Counted from the first letter of the stretch, positions 50,671 through 61,945 are shown. The stretch is 64,000 bases of DNA from an uncultured Acidobacteriota bacterium (GCA_963777605.1 CAVZRV010000007.1:352001-416000); one strand, 5' to 3'. Numbers and translations are program-made. Notes: generated by a model from the letters alone, not told the origin.

Positions 50671-52122
50671 CTACTTCCGCCAGAACATGGGCGTGAACAC
50701 CACGAGAACTGTGTAGTACTCAAGGCGACCGGCCAGCATGCAGAAGCTCAGCACCCACTTTACTACGAAAGGAAGATGAGCGTAGTTGTCGGCTGGTCCA
50801 ACGTCGCCAAGCCCCGGGCCAATGTTGAACATGCAGGCCGCGACTGCAGTGAAGGCGGTAACCAGGTCAACACCAAACGCCGTCAAAATGAGGCACGCGC
50901 CGAAATTGATCAGAAATGCCAGGTAGACCAGGTTCAGGACACTGGCGATCGAATTTTCGGCAACCGCCCTTCCCTGCAGTCGAATCGCGAAGACACCCCT
51001 TTTTTCGACCATCTTCCGAAACTCGCGACCAATGACCTTGAGCAGCATGACAATACGTGCCACTTTCATGCCGCCGGCCGTCGAACCGGTGCATCCGCCG
51101 ATGAACATCAGCACCAGGAGAAGAAAAGTCGCAAAAGAAGCCCACTGTTCAAAATCGACCGACGAGAACCCGGTCGTCGTCATGATGGAAACAACCTGGA
51201 ACGCGGCCAGGCGAAAGGACTCCTCCAGGGAGTACCCGGCGCCGACCAGGAGGGTCGCGCCAACAGCAAGGGTTGCCGCCGCCGCGATTGCCACGTACGC
51301 ACGAAGTTCCGGGTCGGTGAAAAAGGATCGTGGTTCTCTCTCGACAAAGAGCCGGTAGTGCTGGGTGAAATTCATCCCCGCCAGCAGCATAAAGAGGATT
51401 ATGATGTATTCAATGGAGGGACTCTGGTACGCCTCGATGCTCACCGCCCGGGTCGAAAAGCCTCCTGTCGCCATGGTCGCAAAGGTGTGGCAGACGGAGT
51501 CAAAGCTCGACATGCCGGCAATCCTTAGCGCAACGTACTCCGCCAGGCTGAAAGACACGTAAATCTTCCAGAGCGCCAGCGCCGTCTCTCCAATTCGGGG
51601 TTTGAGTTTCTCCGAGCGGGCCCCGGAGAACTCCGCCCGGTACAGTTCCATCCCCCCGGTTCCCAACAGCGGAAGGATCGCGATCCCGAGAACGATAATC
51701 CCCATTCCGCCCAGCCAGTGGGTCATCGCCCTCCAGAGGAGCAGGCTGCGGGGAAGTCCTTCGATGTCGGTCAGGATGGTTGCCCCGGTCGTGGTGAAGC
51801 CGGACATCGACTCGAAGAAGGAATCGGTGAAACTGGGGACGTAAGGAGAAAAGTAATAGGGAAGCCCGCCCAGAATACATCCGGCGACCCACGCCAGGGC
51901 CACCAGCAGGATTCCCTCCCGGCGGTTGATTTCGTGCGCTTCGGAGGGGAGGAGCAGCCATGCCAGCCCCCCTGCAAGCGCCCCTATCCCAAACGTCGTC
52001 AGCAGGGGAAACAGTCCGGGATCCTGCTCCCAGAACGCCAGTCCGACACAGGGCAGGAGGCTTGCTGCAATCGCCCAGAGGAAGAACCCCAGAACCCTCA
52101 GAAGTGCCGGCCAACTTATCAC
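50671..52122 (-). CDS. trkH: Trk potassium uptake membrane protein
   Basis: FESMSGFTTTGAT, WLGGMG, TGGFS, GSTAGG.K and NIGPGLG. Confidence 0.96.
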   Translation of the reverse strand: MISWPALLRVLGFFLWAIAASLLPCVGLAFWEQDPGLFPLLTTFGIGALAGGLAWLLLPSEAHEINRREGILLVALAWVAGCILGGLPYYFSPYVPSFTDSFFESMSGFTTTGATILTDIEGLPRSLLLWRAMTHWLGGMGIIVLGIAILPLLGTGGMELYRAEFSGARSEKLKPRIGETALALWKIYVSFSLAEYVALRIAGMSSFDSVCHTFATMATGGFSTRAVSIEAYQSPSIEYIIILFMLLAGMNFTQHYRLFVEREPRSFFTDPELRAYVAIAAAATLAVGATLLVGAGYSLEESFRLAAFQVVSIMTTTGFSSVDFEQWASFATFLLLVLMFIGGCTGSTAGGMKVARIVMLLKVIGREFRKMVEKRGVFAIRLQGRAVAENSIASVLNLVYLAFLINFGACLILTAFGVDLVTAFTAVAACMFNIGPGLGDVGPADNYAHLPFVVKWVLSFCMLAGRLEYYTVLVVFTPMFWRK

Positions 52123-52131
52123 AAGCGCTAC

Positions 52132-53487
52132 CTAGTAAATAAAGGCCTTTTCCAGCTTGGGGATCACATTCTCGAGGCAAAAGAAAATCACGCGGTCGTC
52201 GAGCCGAATCACCGAGTCACCCCCGGGCACCTCGACGGCTCCTGTCGGGCGGACGATCGCTCCGACAAGAGCGCCCCGGGGCAACGCCACGTCTTTAAGA
52301 GCTTTCCCGACGTACTTGGATCCCGGAGTGGCGACCAACTCGATGGCCTCGGCCTCGTCCTCTCGAAAGGTAGTCACGGAAACCACGCGCCCCTTCCGGA
52401 CATACTGCAGGATCCGATCGACCACGATCAGGCGCGTGCTGAAGGTCGAATTGATTCCGAGCAACTGGGTCATCGGAAGAAAGTCGATCCGGTTGACGAG
52501 TGCGACCGCTTTTCGCGATCCCATCCTCTTGGCCAGCAGGCAGGCGATGATGTTGACTTCGTCATCCCCGGTCAAGGCCAGGTAGGCATCGGTGCCCCGG
52601 ATGTTTTCTTCCGCAAGAATCCTCTGGTCGGTCCCGTCGCCGTGGACAACGACCGTCTTCTTCACGACAGTCGCAATCTTCTGGCATCGTTCCAGGTCAC
52701 GCTCGAACAGCTTCACCTGGACACCGTCAGCTTCCAACCGGAGAGCAGCCTCAATCCCCAACTGCTTTCCACCCAGGACGAAGACCCGCTGAACCCGCTC
52801 CTGCCGGGGCAGGTCCAGGAACTGGAACGTGCTGTTCAACTGGGCTTCCGGAACGACTACGTAAATGTGATCGCCTTCCCTGAGTTCATCGTCCCCGTGG
52901 GGAATGATCACCCGGCGTTCCCGGAAGATCATGGCAACCAGGAAGTTGATGTCACCGGAAGCCGAGTCGAGTTCCGAGATGCGCCGTCCAGCCAGCCCGC
53001 TGCGCGCCTCCACCGTCATCCCGAACAACTTCACCCGCCCGTCGGCAAACGGAAGGATCTCGGAGACCCCCGGCAAACCGACGACCTGGAGTATTCTCTC
53101 GACCGTTTCACTGTCCGGGTGGATAACCAGGTCCACTCCCATCAACTTGCTGGAACAAATCGAACGCCATCGTTCGACTTCGTGGGTCCGAAGTCTCGCT
53201 ACCTTGATCCGAATATTCGAAAACGCCTGGGCAATCAGGCATCCCAGTACGTTGGTCTGATCGTTGGAAGTAACGGCGATCAGCATGTCCGCGCTGATCA
53301 ACCCGGCCCGTTCCAGAGCCTTGATGCTGGAAGCATCGCCGTGGACGATCTTCGCATCCAGGACATTTTCAAGTTCGGCGCTGCGGTCATCACTCGACTC
53401 GACGATGGTGACCTCGTTCTTTTCCCGAATGAGCCTTTGGGCCACCAGAGTACCGACAGCACCTCCGCCCAGAATCAACACTCTCAT
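52132..53487 (-). CDS. trkA: Trk potassium uptake NAD-binding subunit
   Basis: Two RCK_N/RCK_C pairs (GGGAVG; GDGTD). Confidence 0.96.
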   Translation of the reverse strand: MRVLILGGGAVGTLVAQRLIREKNEVTIVESSDDRSAELENVLDAKIVHGDASSIKALERAGLISADMLIAVTSNDQTNVLGCLIAQAFSNIRIKVARLRTHEVERWRSICSSKLMGVDLVIHPDSETVERILQVVGLPGVSEILPFADGRVKLFGMTVEARSGLAGRRISELDSASGDINFLVAMIFRERRVIIPHGDDELREGDHIYVVVPEAQLNSTFQFLDLPRQERVQRVFVLGGKQLGIEAALRLEADGVQVKLFERDLERCQKIATVVKKTVVVHGDGTDQRILAEENIRGTDAYLALTGDDEVNIIACLLAKRMGSRKAVALVNRIDFLPMTQLLGINSTFSTRLIVVDRILQYVRKGRVVSVTTFREDEAEAIELVATPGSKYVGKALKDVALPRGALVGAIVRPTGAVEVPGGDSVIRLDDRVIFFCLENVIPKLEKAFIY

Positions 53488-53517
53488 CAGCTCAACCGTT
53501 CCGTCGGAGAAGTTCCG

Positions 53518-54096
53518 TTACCGCCTGCTTGTCTGCCCATTGTCCGGCTTGGGCGCCGGAGCCGGCAAATCACGCAGAGCAGGCAGATCCACCCATTCAA
53601 ATGAAGACAAGATCGTTTTCAACGCCGGCAGTGCAGCCGTCACGCCATCAGGCTGCTGCGAACTCAATGAAAAGACCACAAAGTATCGTGAGAAAGGCCC
53701 TGTCGCAACCAGTTCCTGCCGAACTCCCGGACAATGATAGTCCTCAAGCTTGAAAGGCTCAATGGAACTCATATGCGCGTCTTTGTAGGGTTGGACCTCG
53801 CCGAAGGGACAGGCGTCGAGAAACTCCTTCCGGCTGGAGTTCATGAACCCTTCCAGCCCCTGGTTTCCGTCCCGCCGAATGAACCGGGCGACGATCAGAG
53901 ACTCCGCCCTCCTCCAGTCCTGACCTTTCGGGTGGAAAATGAAATTGGCGATCTGGGGAGCTGCCCCGGTATCCAGTTCCCATCCCTCCGGTTCCATGAC
54001 TTGGAAGGAAAACCCCCGACCGTAGAGATGTACCACCCGGCCCTCCGCTGAAACGGGCGAAAGCAAACCGAGGAGGAGGGTCAGGAAGAGCACCAT
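53518..54096 (-). CDS. Secreted hypothetical protein
   Basis: MVLFLTLLLGLLSPVSA signal peptide; start re-set to ATG 54096. Confidence 0.65.
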   Translation of the reverse strand: MVLFLTLLLGLLSPVSAEGRVVHLYGRGFSFQVMEPEGWELDTGAAPQIANFIFHPKGQDWRRAESLIVARFIRRDGNQGLEGFMNSSRKEFLDACPFGEVQPYKDAHMSSIEPFKLEDYHCPGVRQELVATGPFSRYFVVFSLSSQQPDGVTAALPALKTILSSFEWVDLPALRDLPAPAPKPDNGQTSRR

Positions 54097-54171
54097 TCGG
54101 ATGAGTCTAGCACGCAGCTGCCAGACAGTTAACCCGCATTTTCGCCAGGGTCGATAGCCAGGCCGAGGAGA

Positions 54172-54274
54172 GGCGGAAGGCCGCAAGGCGCATGACGAAG
54201 GACCCAGAAGGCTCACTTGACGGTACGTCAACAGAGCCAGGAAGTGCAACGCAGCAGATGCCAGTCTATCCGCC
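54172..54274. repeat. Structured intergenic palindromic element (REP/MITE-like or ncRNA)
   Basis: Nested stems GGCGGA/TCCGCC and GGCTC/GAGCC around TTGACG-GTA-CGTCAA. Confidence 0.5.
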
Positions 54275-54361
54275 GCCGCAGTAGAAGTCCGGTGAGTGAT
54301 GACGCGTAAGCCTTCACCCGGGACCTTCGCGGAAGGAGACGAACTCACCTATAATAGACTC

Positions 54362-54592
54362 ATGCCCATTTTCGAATATCGCTGTTCCCGCTGCGCCTCG
54401 AACTTCGAGAAGATCGTCTATGGAAAGGAGTCCGTACCCGCGTGTCCCAATTGCGGAGAAACCGACGTCGAGAAGCTCCTCTCCAGCTTTGCGGTGCATG
54501 CGGAACAGGCGCGCCCGTCGAAAGGCGAATCCGGTTCCTGTCCCTGCCCGTGCGGTGCGGCTGAGCGGGGGCAGTGCCAGATGATGTCCTGA
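54362..54592 (+). CDS. FmdB family zinc-ribbon protein
   Basis: MPIFEYRCSRC..FE..CPNCG..KLLS.F. Confidence 0.92.
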   Translation: MPIFEYRCSRCASNFEKIVYGKESVPACPNCGETDVEKLLSSFAVHAEQARPSKGESGSCPCPCGAAERGQCQMMS

Positions 54593-54611
54593 CGACCGGC
54601 TTCGCGGGTTC

Positions 54612-55535
54612 CTAATTGAGGCCCAGGCGTTCGCCGACAGATCGGCGGGAAATCTCCCCGGCGTCTTCCCTGAACGGTATCCCCCGGGTCGCGGCAACCC
54701 GGTCGATGAAGCTCAAACCGAGCGGTCCCACGTAGGTTTCTTCGCTCTGGTAAGCCGGATCCTCGAGAGCTTTGTCGACGGTGATGAAGGAGTATCCCCG
54801 TTCCTTCAGGAAACGCAGAATATCCGGCATCAGATTGGCCGTGCCTACCCCCAGGTGCAGGCGCAGAATCTGCGCGATGTTCCTTTCGAATACGAGTTCG
54901 GACTGCTGCTCGGCGTAATCGAGAGCGTCTCCCAGATATCCCAGGTAAAGGTCCTTGAAGCGGTTCAGCGACTCGTCTGAGGCCGCCGCCTCGTCATAGT
55001 AGTAATTGAACTCGTAGTCGGTCATGATCACGGTCGCAGGAACGATGATGAAGCCCGCCCTTCGCAGCCGGTTGGCAACGTCGTGCTTCTTCGATTCGGT
55101 ATTTCCTTCGTGGAGTTGCGGGAAGCGAAAGTAACGGCGAATGGGCCGGACCATCCGAAGCGCCCGTCGCAGGTATTTTTGACCGTCTGAAATGTGGGTA
55201 AGAAAATCCTTGGTATTCAGCTCATTCAGATCGACATAGCCGTAGGTCAGGTTGCCCAGCGACTGCCCGTGCTCGACCCAGTCATTGAGAATGATGTAGG
55301 TCTCGGGATGGTCGTCGATCTTCTCCTCGACCACGAACCCAAGTGCCGGTGCCGTCTCCGCTTCCAGCGCCCGCAACATGAGGTTGCTCAATTCACGGGG
55401 AGTCCAGAAGCCCAGAGGTTCCATGAAAGGCAGCTTGTCAAAAGTGAGCGCAATCTGCTTTTCCTGGGCCAGGCACGGAGAAACCACCAGGAAAGCCACC
55501 GAGAGCAACAGGAGCAATCTGTGCTTCATCATCAC
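54612..55535 (-). CDS. Secreted polysaccharide deacetylase (CE4)-like protein, degenerate active site
   Basis: IALTFDKLP, GNLTYGY, YFRFP and GYSFIT..AL.DPAY. Confidence 0.8.
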   Translation of the reverse strand: MMMKHRLLLLLSVAFLVVSPCLAQEKQIALTFDKLPFMEPLGFWTPRELSNLMLRALEAETAPALGFVVEEKIDDHPETYIILNDWVEHGQSLGNLTYGYVDLNELNTKDFLTHISDGQKYLRRALRMVRPIRRYFRFPQLHEGNTESKKHDVANRLRRAGFIIVPATVIMTDYEFNYYYDEAAASDESLNRFKDLYLGYLGDALDYAEQQSELVFERNIAQILRLHLGVGTANLMPDILRFLKERGYSFITVDKALEDPAYQSEETYVGPLGLSFIDRVAATRGIPFREDAGEISRRSVGERLGLN

Positions 55536-55539
55536 CTAC

Positions 55540-56508
55540 TCAGACCGTCAGGACCACTTTCCCGACCGTTCGGCGGCCTTCCAGCCGACGGTGGGCCTCC
55601 GCCGCCTCGGCCAACGGGAGCTGTTCACCAACGACAACTTCGAGATCGTCACTGCGGACGAGGTCCAGAACCTCACCGGCCCGCCGCGAGAACTGCTGCC
55701 GGTCGGCGACGTAGTGTCCCAGGCTCGGCCGAGTCAGGAAGAGCGAACCCTTCTGGTTCAGGATTTGTGGATCGAGCGGCTCGACCGGGCCACTCGACTG
55801 GCCATAAAGGACGACATAACCCCTTGGTTTCATACACTCGAGACTGCGGGCAAACGTGGTCTTTCCCACCGACTCGTACACCACCTCGACCCCGGCTCCG
55901 CCGGTAAACTCCTTAACCGCCTCGAGAAAATCTTCGCGAGAATAAAGAACAACCCGATCGGCGCCCATCCGGCGCGCCAGTTCCGCCTTCTGCTCGGTGG
56001 ATACTGTCCCGATCACCCGCGCGCCTGCGCGTTTCACCATCTGCACGAGGAGGCTCCCCACGCCGCCGGCCGCAGCATGAACCAGGGCCACCTGCCCGGT
56101 CTGGACCCGAAAGCAGTCGGTGACCAGGTAGTGGGCCGTCATCCCCTGGCACATGGCTGCAACGCCCGCTTCCGGAGAGACTTCGTCCGGGAGCCGCACG
56201 CACTTCCACGCCGGGACCGCCACCAACTCGGCATACGCTCCCATCGCCAGGCAAAACACCACCCGATCGCCACAACTGAAGCCCTCAACATTTGAACCGA
56301 CCTCTTCCACGACACCGGCTCCCTCGATTCCGGGTACCAACGGCAACGGCAGCGGGTATAGACCGGTCCGGTGATAAGTGTCAATGTAGTTGACCCCCGC
56401 AACCTCGACCCGAACGAGCAGTTGGTCGGAGCCTGGCCGGGGATCGGGCATCGAATCAAACTTCAACTCCTCGGGGCCACCATAGCGGGAAACTCGAATC
56501 GCTTTCAT
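55540..56508 (-). CDS. qor: Quinone oxidoreductase (zeta-crystallin)
   Basis: GVNYID...RTGLY, QGMTAHYL, HAAAGGVG and KGSLFLTRP. Confidence 0.93.
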   Translation of the reverse strand: MKAIRVSRYGGPEELKFDSMPDPRPGSDQLLVRVEVAGVNYIDTYHRTGLYPLPLPLVPGIEGAGVVEEVGSNVEGFSCGDRVVFCLAMGAYAELVAVPAWKCVRLPDEVSPEAGVAAMCQGMTAHYLVTDCFRVQTGQVALVHAAAGGVGSLLVQMVKRAGARVIGTVSTEQKAELARRMGADRVVLYSREDFLEAVKEFTGGAGVEVVYESVGKTTFARSLECMKPRGYVVLYGQSSGPVEPLDPQILNQKGSLFLTRPSLGHYVADRQQFSRRAGEVLDLVRSDDLEVVVGEQLPLAEAAEAHRRLEGRRTVGKVVLTV

Positions 56509-56729
56509 AATCGCTAACATACACCGGCCTCACAAAGGAGCTCAAACCTTCGCCGCAGCAGCGGTCGTCCCGGATTCGAACGGCTCGTTCGGAATTAGCC
56601 TTTTGGGGGATTATTCCCTATCATTGCTTGGTATATGATGAATTGGCTGCTGCACCGGGTTCATCCGGTGAAGAATCAGCCAATCAGGGGGCTCTTAGAA
56701 AGCTAGCGAGCGAGGGGATAAGGATTTAC

Positions 56730-57693
56730 ATGAAACGACTAATTGCTGCAATGGTGATCATGTTGGGGCTGGCCTTGGCCGCCTGCACCGGTCCGACCGA
56801 ACCGGCAGAGCCGGCTGCGGTTTCTTCAGACCAGTTCCTCGGACGCTGGGACATGACGATTCAGGGGAAGGACGTGCCTTACCCGTCGTGGTTCGAACTT
56901 CAGGACGAAGGTGGACAGCTCAAGGGGCAGTTCGTTGGACGTGTTGGGAGTGCCCGCCCGATTCAGACAATCTCGGTTGAAAACGGGACCCTGACCTTCA
57001 GCCTGCCCGTTCAATACGAGTCCCATCCGACCGACATGAAGTTTGTCTGCTCGCTGGCCGGAGACAAGCTCGAAGGCACCACCAACGCCGAAGATGGTTC
57101 AGAACTGCATTGGACGGCGGTAAGGGCTCCCAAGCTGGACCGTTCGGGCGAACCCAACTGGGGTGAACCGATCAGCCTCGTCAGCGGGAACCTCGATGAT
57201 CATTGGAAGCTGCGTTCGCCGGACGAGCCGCAAACCTGGAAACTGACTCCGGATGGCGTGCTCGAACAACACGGCAAAGGGTTCCGACCTGGTGACCAGG
57301 CAGGAATTCAACGATTTCAAGTTGCACATCGAATTCAATTATCCCGAAAACAGCAACAGCGGCATCTACCTGCGCGGTCGGTACGAGGTTCAGATTGAGG
57401 ACGGGGCCGGCAAGGAACCTCACAGCCGTTCAATTGGCAGCGTTTACGGGTTCCTGACCCCCACCAAGGATGCCGCCAAGCCAGCCGGAGAATGGCAGAG
57501 TTACGACATCACCCTGGTGGGACGCCGGATTACAATCGTCCTCAACGGGGAAACGGTGGTAGACAATCAGGAAATTCCGGGAATCACAGGTGGGGCGCTG
57601 AATTCCAATGAAGGTGACCCCGGCCCCCTGATGCTTCAGGGTGACCATGGCCCTATCACTTTTCGGAATATCAGCATTACGCCTGCTCAATAA
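56730..57693 (+). CDS. DUF1080 (3-keto-disaccharide hydrolase-like) lipoprotein with a +1 frameshift near 57265
   Basis: Lipobox LAAC. The DUF1080 motifs (DLVT..F.DFKL..EF, NSGIYLRGRYEVQI, LQGDHG..FRNI) continue in ORF 57253..57693. Confidence 0.88.
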
Positions 57694-57740
57694 ACCAATT
57701 TGTGGGAGTGCAGGGAATAACGAGCTTGAGGGGGTAAGAC

Positions 57741-58238
57741 ATGAAGAACGTGATTCTGACTTTTTGTTTCGTGGCCGTGTTAGGGATGTTGATCGTGAGT
57801 CCCACAATTGCTCAGGATCGAGCCACCATGTCTGCACCAGTCATCCGCGCTTCGGGTGACGAAATCGCCTTCAGCGTCCGATTTGAGAACTGTTCTCCAG
57901 ATCGGAGCTATAGAATCGGCTTTGGTGCGAAGGGCGAGGCCGTTCCGAATGTTCAGGTCGCACTCTCCAGCGAAGACAGGGACTTGGCCCTCGAACCGAT
58001 GGACTTCGTTCAGGGCAACACCAGCGGCTGGTGGAAAATTGAACAGGTCGGGGCAACAGGTTACACCTTCGGAAAGTCAGAAATTCCTGAAGCGGGCAAG
58101 GTTTTGACCTTCAAGGTGACCGTACCTCGGGAAGTTGCCGACAGCTACGAAAAGCTCTACCTGTTCGTGTCACGGGATTACGGCTCGGGCCGCTGGTATC
58201 TCGAAGACGGTTCGGAAATCGACAAGAGTGATTGGTAA
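57741..58238 (+). CDS. Secreted hypothetical protein
   Basis: RBS GAGGGG, signal peptide, beta-rich body. Confidence 0.7.
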   Translation: MKNVILTFCFVAVLGMLIVSPTIAQDRATMSAPVIRASGDEIAFSVRFENCSPDRSYRIGFGAKGEAVPNVQVALSSEDRDLALEPMDFVQGNTSGWWKIEQVGATGYTFGKSEIPEAGKVLTFKVTVPREVADSYEKLYLFVSRDYGSGRWYLEDGSEIDKSDW

Positions 58239-60755
58239 TTGAAACCTTACTGGACGTCTTTGGACGTTTCGAGGGCTTGGAGAACCGGGAAGCAATCCGG
58301 TTCCTGAGCCCTTACCGGAGGAGGGTTCTCACCTACCGGGAAGTCTCACTTCGGGTGGGTGCCTTCTCACACTTCCTTTCCAAGATCCCCGTCGGGCCAG
58401 GAGACCGAGTGCTGTTTTGGGGAGAGAACTCTCCCGACTGGATCATTGCTTTCTGGGCCTGCCTGAATGTGGGTGCACAGGTTGTTCCCGTCGATCCCGG
58501 GGCCTCCCACGGGCTCGTTTCTCGAATCCTCGAGCAAACCGCGTGCAAGCTCGGCATCGTCGATCCAGACGGCAGGGAAGCAGGCCTTTCCATTCCCACC
58601 ACCCCATTTGACAGCCTGGATCGTGTCCCCATGAAACCGCCGCCGTCTTCGGCCCGAGCCGACGACATCGCCGAGATTCTCTTCACTTCGGGGACGACGG
58701 GAACCCCAAAGGGAATCGTCCATCGCCACAGGACCATGGCGGCCAACCTGCGCCCCTTCGCCGCCGAGTTCGAACGCTACCGGCGCCTCGCGGCCCCCTT
58801 TCAACCGGTCCGGATCATGAGTCTCCTTCCCTTGAGCCACATGTTCGGTCAAGCGATGGGGATCTTCATTCCGCCGCTGCTCGGAGGAGCGGTGGTGTTG
58901 CTCGACTCGACCAACCCTGCCCGAGTCGTTCCTTCCCTTCGCAGTGAGCATGTTTCGGTTCTGGCAACCGTCCCCAGGGTCCTGCACCAGTGCGAGAACG
59001 CGCTCAGACAACGATTCGGAGAACCAGCCTCGGAGACCCGATTCCGAGGCGTGCCAGGGATTGTTGAGCGATGGTGGCATCATCGCCGGGTTCATTCCTG
59101 CCTGGGCTGGAAATTCTGGGCGGTAATCTCCGGGGGCGCCGCCCTCGATCCGTCCCAGGAGCGCTTCTGGTCAGACCTGGGGATTGCAGCACTGCAGGGA
59201 TACGGACTCACCGAGGCGGGTCCCGTCATCAGCGTCAACCATCCCTTCAAGTCCCGCACGGGCAGCGTGGGAAAGGTCCTCGCCGGACAGGAAGTACGCC
59301 TCGCGGACGACGGAGAGATCCTGGTGAGCGGCGACAGTGTGAGTTTCGAAGTTCTCGACGGACAATCCGGGGCTGACAGCGACGGCGAGACGCCCTGGTT
59401 CAGGACCGGAGATGTCGGCTCATTCGACGCGGAAGGGAATCTCCATTTCAAGGGACGCAAGAAAGATGTCATCGTGACTTCGGATGGAATGAACGTCTAC
59501 CCCGAAGAGGTAGAAGCGGTCCTGCTCAGTCTCCCCGGAGTTCGGGATGCCGCCGTGGTTGCGGAGAAGACGGCATCCGCCGAGGTCGTTCATGCCGTGC
59601 TGGTCCCCGATGGCGGACCGGGTGCGGACTGCTCGGAACTCGTTGGCGCTGCCAACCACCTCCTTGAGCCCCACCAGAGAATTCGACGCTGGTCAGTCTA
59701 TCCCGAAGCTGAGCTTCCCCGCACTCCTTCTACGCTCAAACTTCGCCGTTCGGCGATCCGGGAGTGGCTTTCCCGCTCCGCCCCCCCTCCCGACACGGCC
59801 GCCGTGGCAACCGTGGAATTGTTGCTTTCCCGGCTGGCAACCCAACGGCCCGAATCGATCACGGCGACAACCCGGATTGACACGGAACTAGGGCTGACAT
59901 CGCTTGACCGGATCGAACTTCTCCAGGAACTCGAAAACCTCCAGGGAACCGAACTCAATGAATCCGAATTCTCCCGCCTCCACACGGCAGGTGAGATCCG
60001 AGACTGGCTGGCCCTGGGTTCGGACCGAACAGGACCGGTCGGGCCAGCCGACCGGTCGGTCCCTGCCGATGCCTCACTGGAACCTGTCCCCGCCTTTTCG
60101 ACTGCTTCGGGCTGCGATTCAACGTGGAATCATTCTCCCTCTCTACCGGCACTACATTCCGACCCGCGTGATTGGGACTCGGAACCTGCCTTCCGTTCGT
60201 GATCACCCGCTGATCGTCGCGGCCAATCACCAGAGCCACATGGACACAGTTGCACTTCTGGCGGCCCTGCCTCGGGAAGTCCGACTGGCGCCAGCTGTCA
60301 GGTACGAACGTTTTGTCGAGTACTTCGAGCCCCATTCGGCAAGCGTCTGGACGAGGGCGCGGTTCGGCCTGGAGTACATGGCCGCCTGCCTGTTGTTCAA
60401 CGCGTTCCCTCTGCCGCAGCGGACCTCGGGCATCCGGCAGACCCTCCACTTTGCCGGGGAACTGCTCGATCGCGGATTCAGTCCGCTGCTCTTTCCCGAA
60501 GGCAAGCGGAGCTCGGACGGCGAACTCCAGGAGTTCAAGCCGGGGACAATTCTGATGAGTCGCGAGTTGGGAGTCCCGATCCTGCCGGTTCTGCTCGAGG
60601 GCCTTGACCGAGTGCTGCCGATTGGCGCGCACCGGCCGCAATCCCACCCAGTCACGGTAACGATCGGAACACCCTTCGATGTCAATGAAGGCGAAGACCT
60701 GGACGCCGCCCGCTGTCGTCTCCAGGAGGTGTTCCGCGACCTGAAATCCGCCTGA
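58232..60755 (+). CDS. Acyl-CoA synthetase/ACP/lysophospholipid acyltransferase multidomain protein with a +1 frameshift near 60020
   Basis: FTSGTTGTPKG, GYGLTE and RTGD (AMP-binding); LGLTSLDRIEL (ACP); NHQSHMD..FPEGKRS (PlsC) in ORF 59904..60755. Confidence 0.88.
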
Positions 60756-60795
60756 AGGGCAGGCGCGCGGCACCTGCTCCTCCGGCGACCGAAGA

Positions 60796-61752
60796 TCAGT
60801 TCTTGACGGTGTCTCCGACCTTGATACCCGAACCCGATACGACGGTGGCTTCCGAGGAAGCAGGGTCAGCTTGGGTAACCCGAACCGTGGCGACTTTCTC
60901 GGTCAACTCTCTCAGGACCTTTCCTGTGGCAGGATCCTTGATCGTCCTTGTAACTCTTTCGACCGACAGTTCCATCCCCACCTGAACCCCCTGGTCCGAA
61001 CCGATGTTGAGGATGACCATCCCGTTTTCGGCATAGGCCACCAGTCCCGAGAGTTCGACATTGCGGGTCGGGATCTTGTTGCGCGACGAAGCCACTCCAT
61101 GGGCTACCTGCTGGGCGGCTTCATAGGTCGCCTCACCAAGGATCGTGTCGCGAAAGCCACTGCTGCGCATGTCGATCTCGCCCGATCCGAATCCACCATG
61201 CCCTCCACCGCTACCGCCCAGCAGGAGTCCGCTGCGGGACGATTCCCCCTGGCCTCGGGACACGGCCAGGATTTCGCCGGTATCCACGTCAACGACCCGT
61301 GCGTTGATCGCCACGTTGGCTTTCCCTTCCGAGGTCCCCACCTTGGCCCCTCCAAATCCACCCCAATTGCCGCCCAACCCTCTGATACTGCGGTCTTTCT
61401 GTTCGGCACCAAACTGGGTGATCGAACCAATCACGATTGCGTCCACACCAAGAAGTTTCCCAATTTGCGAAGCCGACGACGGGTCGGCGCGATTGCTGTT
61501 GTTGAATTCCTGTTCCGCCATTACCTGATTGATCGCCCGGCGTTCAATCACACTGAAGCTGCCTTCCTCAACAAGATCGTTGATCACGATGTCGGCGATT
61601 CCCGCTCCAATGTCCCAGTTGTTGCCTCCCCACCACTGTTGTACGCCCGCAAAGTCGAAATCCAGAACCGCAATTCGCTTGCGTGGACCTGCAGCTCCCA
61701 AATTCAAGGTGAGCCCAACCAGAGGAACCAGTAATAATGCAATCCGTTTCAT
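60796..61752 (-). CDS. CsgG/HfaB family protein with FlgT-C-like terminal domain
   Basis: KRIAVLDF, FSVIER, GKLLGVDAIVIGSITQFG, TGEIL and C-terminal LNIGSDQGVQVG..DPATG.VL. Confidence 0.88.
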   Translation of the reverse strand: MKRIALLLVPLVGLTLNLGAAGPRKRIAVLDFDFAGVQQWWGGNNWDIGAGIADIVINDLVEEGSFSVIERRAINQVMAEQEFNNSNRADPSSASQIGKLLGVDAIVIGSITQFGAEQKDRSIRGLGGNWGGFGGAKVGTSEGKANVAINARVVDVDTGEILAVSRGQGESSRSGLLLGGSGGGHGGFGSGEIDMRSSGFRDTILGEATYEAAQQVAHGVASSRNKIPTRNVELSGLVAYAENGMVILNIGSDQGVQVGMELSVERVTRTIKDPATGKVLRELTEKVATVRVTQADPASSEATVVSGSGIKVGDTVKN

Positions 61753-61945
61753 CGACGATCCTGCCTCCCTTCGAGATCAATCCCCGCCAGAGAAGGAACT
61801 CCCGGCGATTCGACCAAACGCCTAAAGACTATCAATCTTTAAAATACACAAAAAGAGCAACTACCGCCTTCTTTCAAATGCCATCTCGAATCCCGATGGT
61901 TGGTCCGGCTCGACCTTTCCTGCAGAAGCCACTAAGCTGTTGCGA

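Noticed and set aside
51718-53604. Long plus-strand ORFs (628 aa here; also 42109-43560, 26375-27385) and minus-strand 5634-6719
   Set aside because: Antisense shadows of well-supported genes in a GC-rich genome, with no recognisable motifs
56560-56600. GTTCGAATCC T-loop-like motif on the minus strand (tRNA or tRNA-Sec?)
   Set aside because: No proper 5-bp T stem, acceptor stem or anticodon arm can be formed
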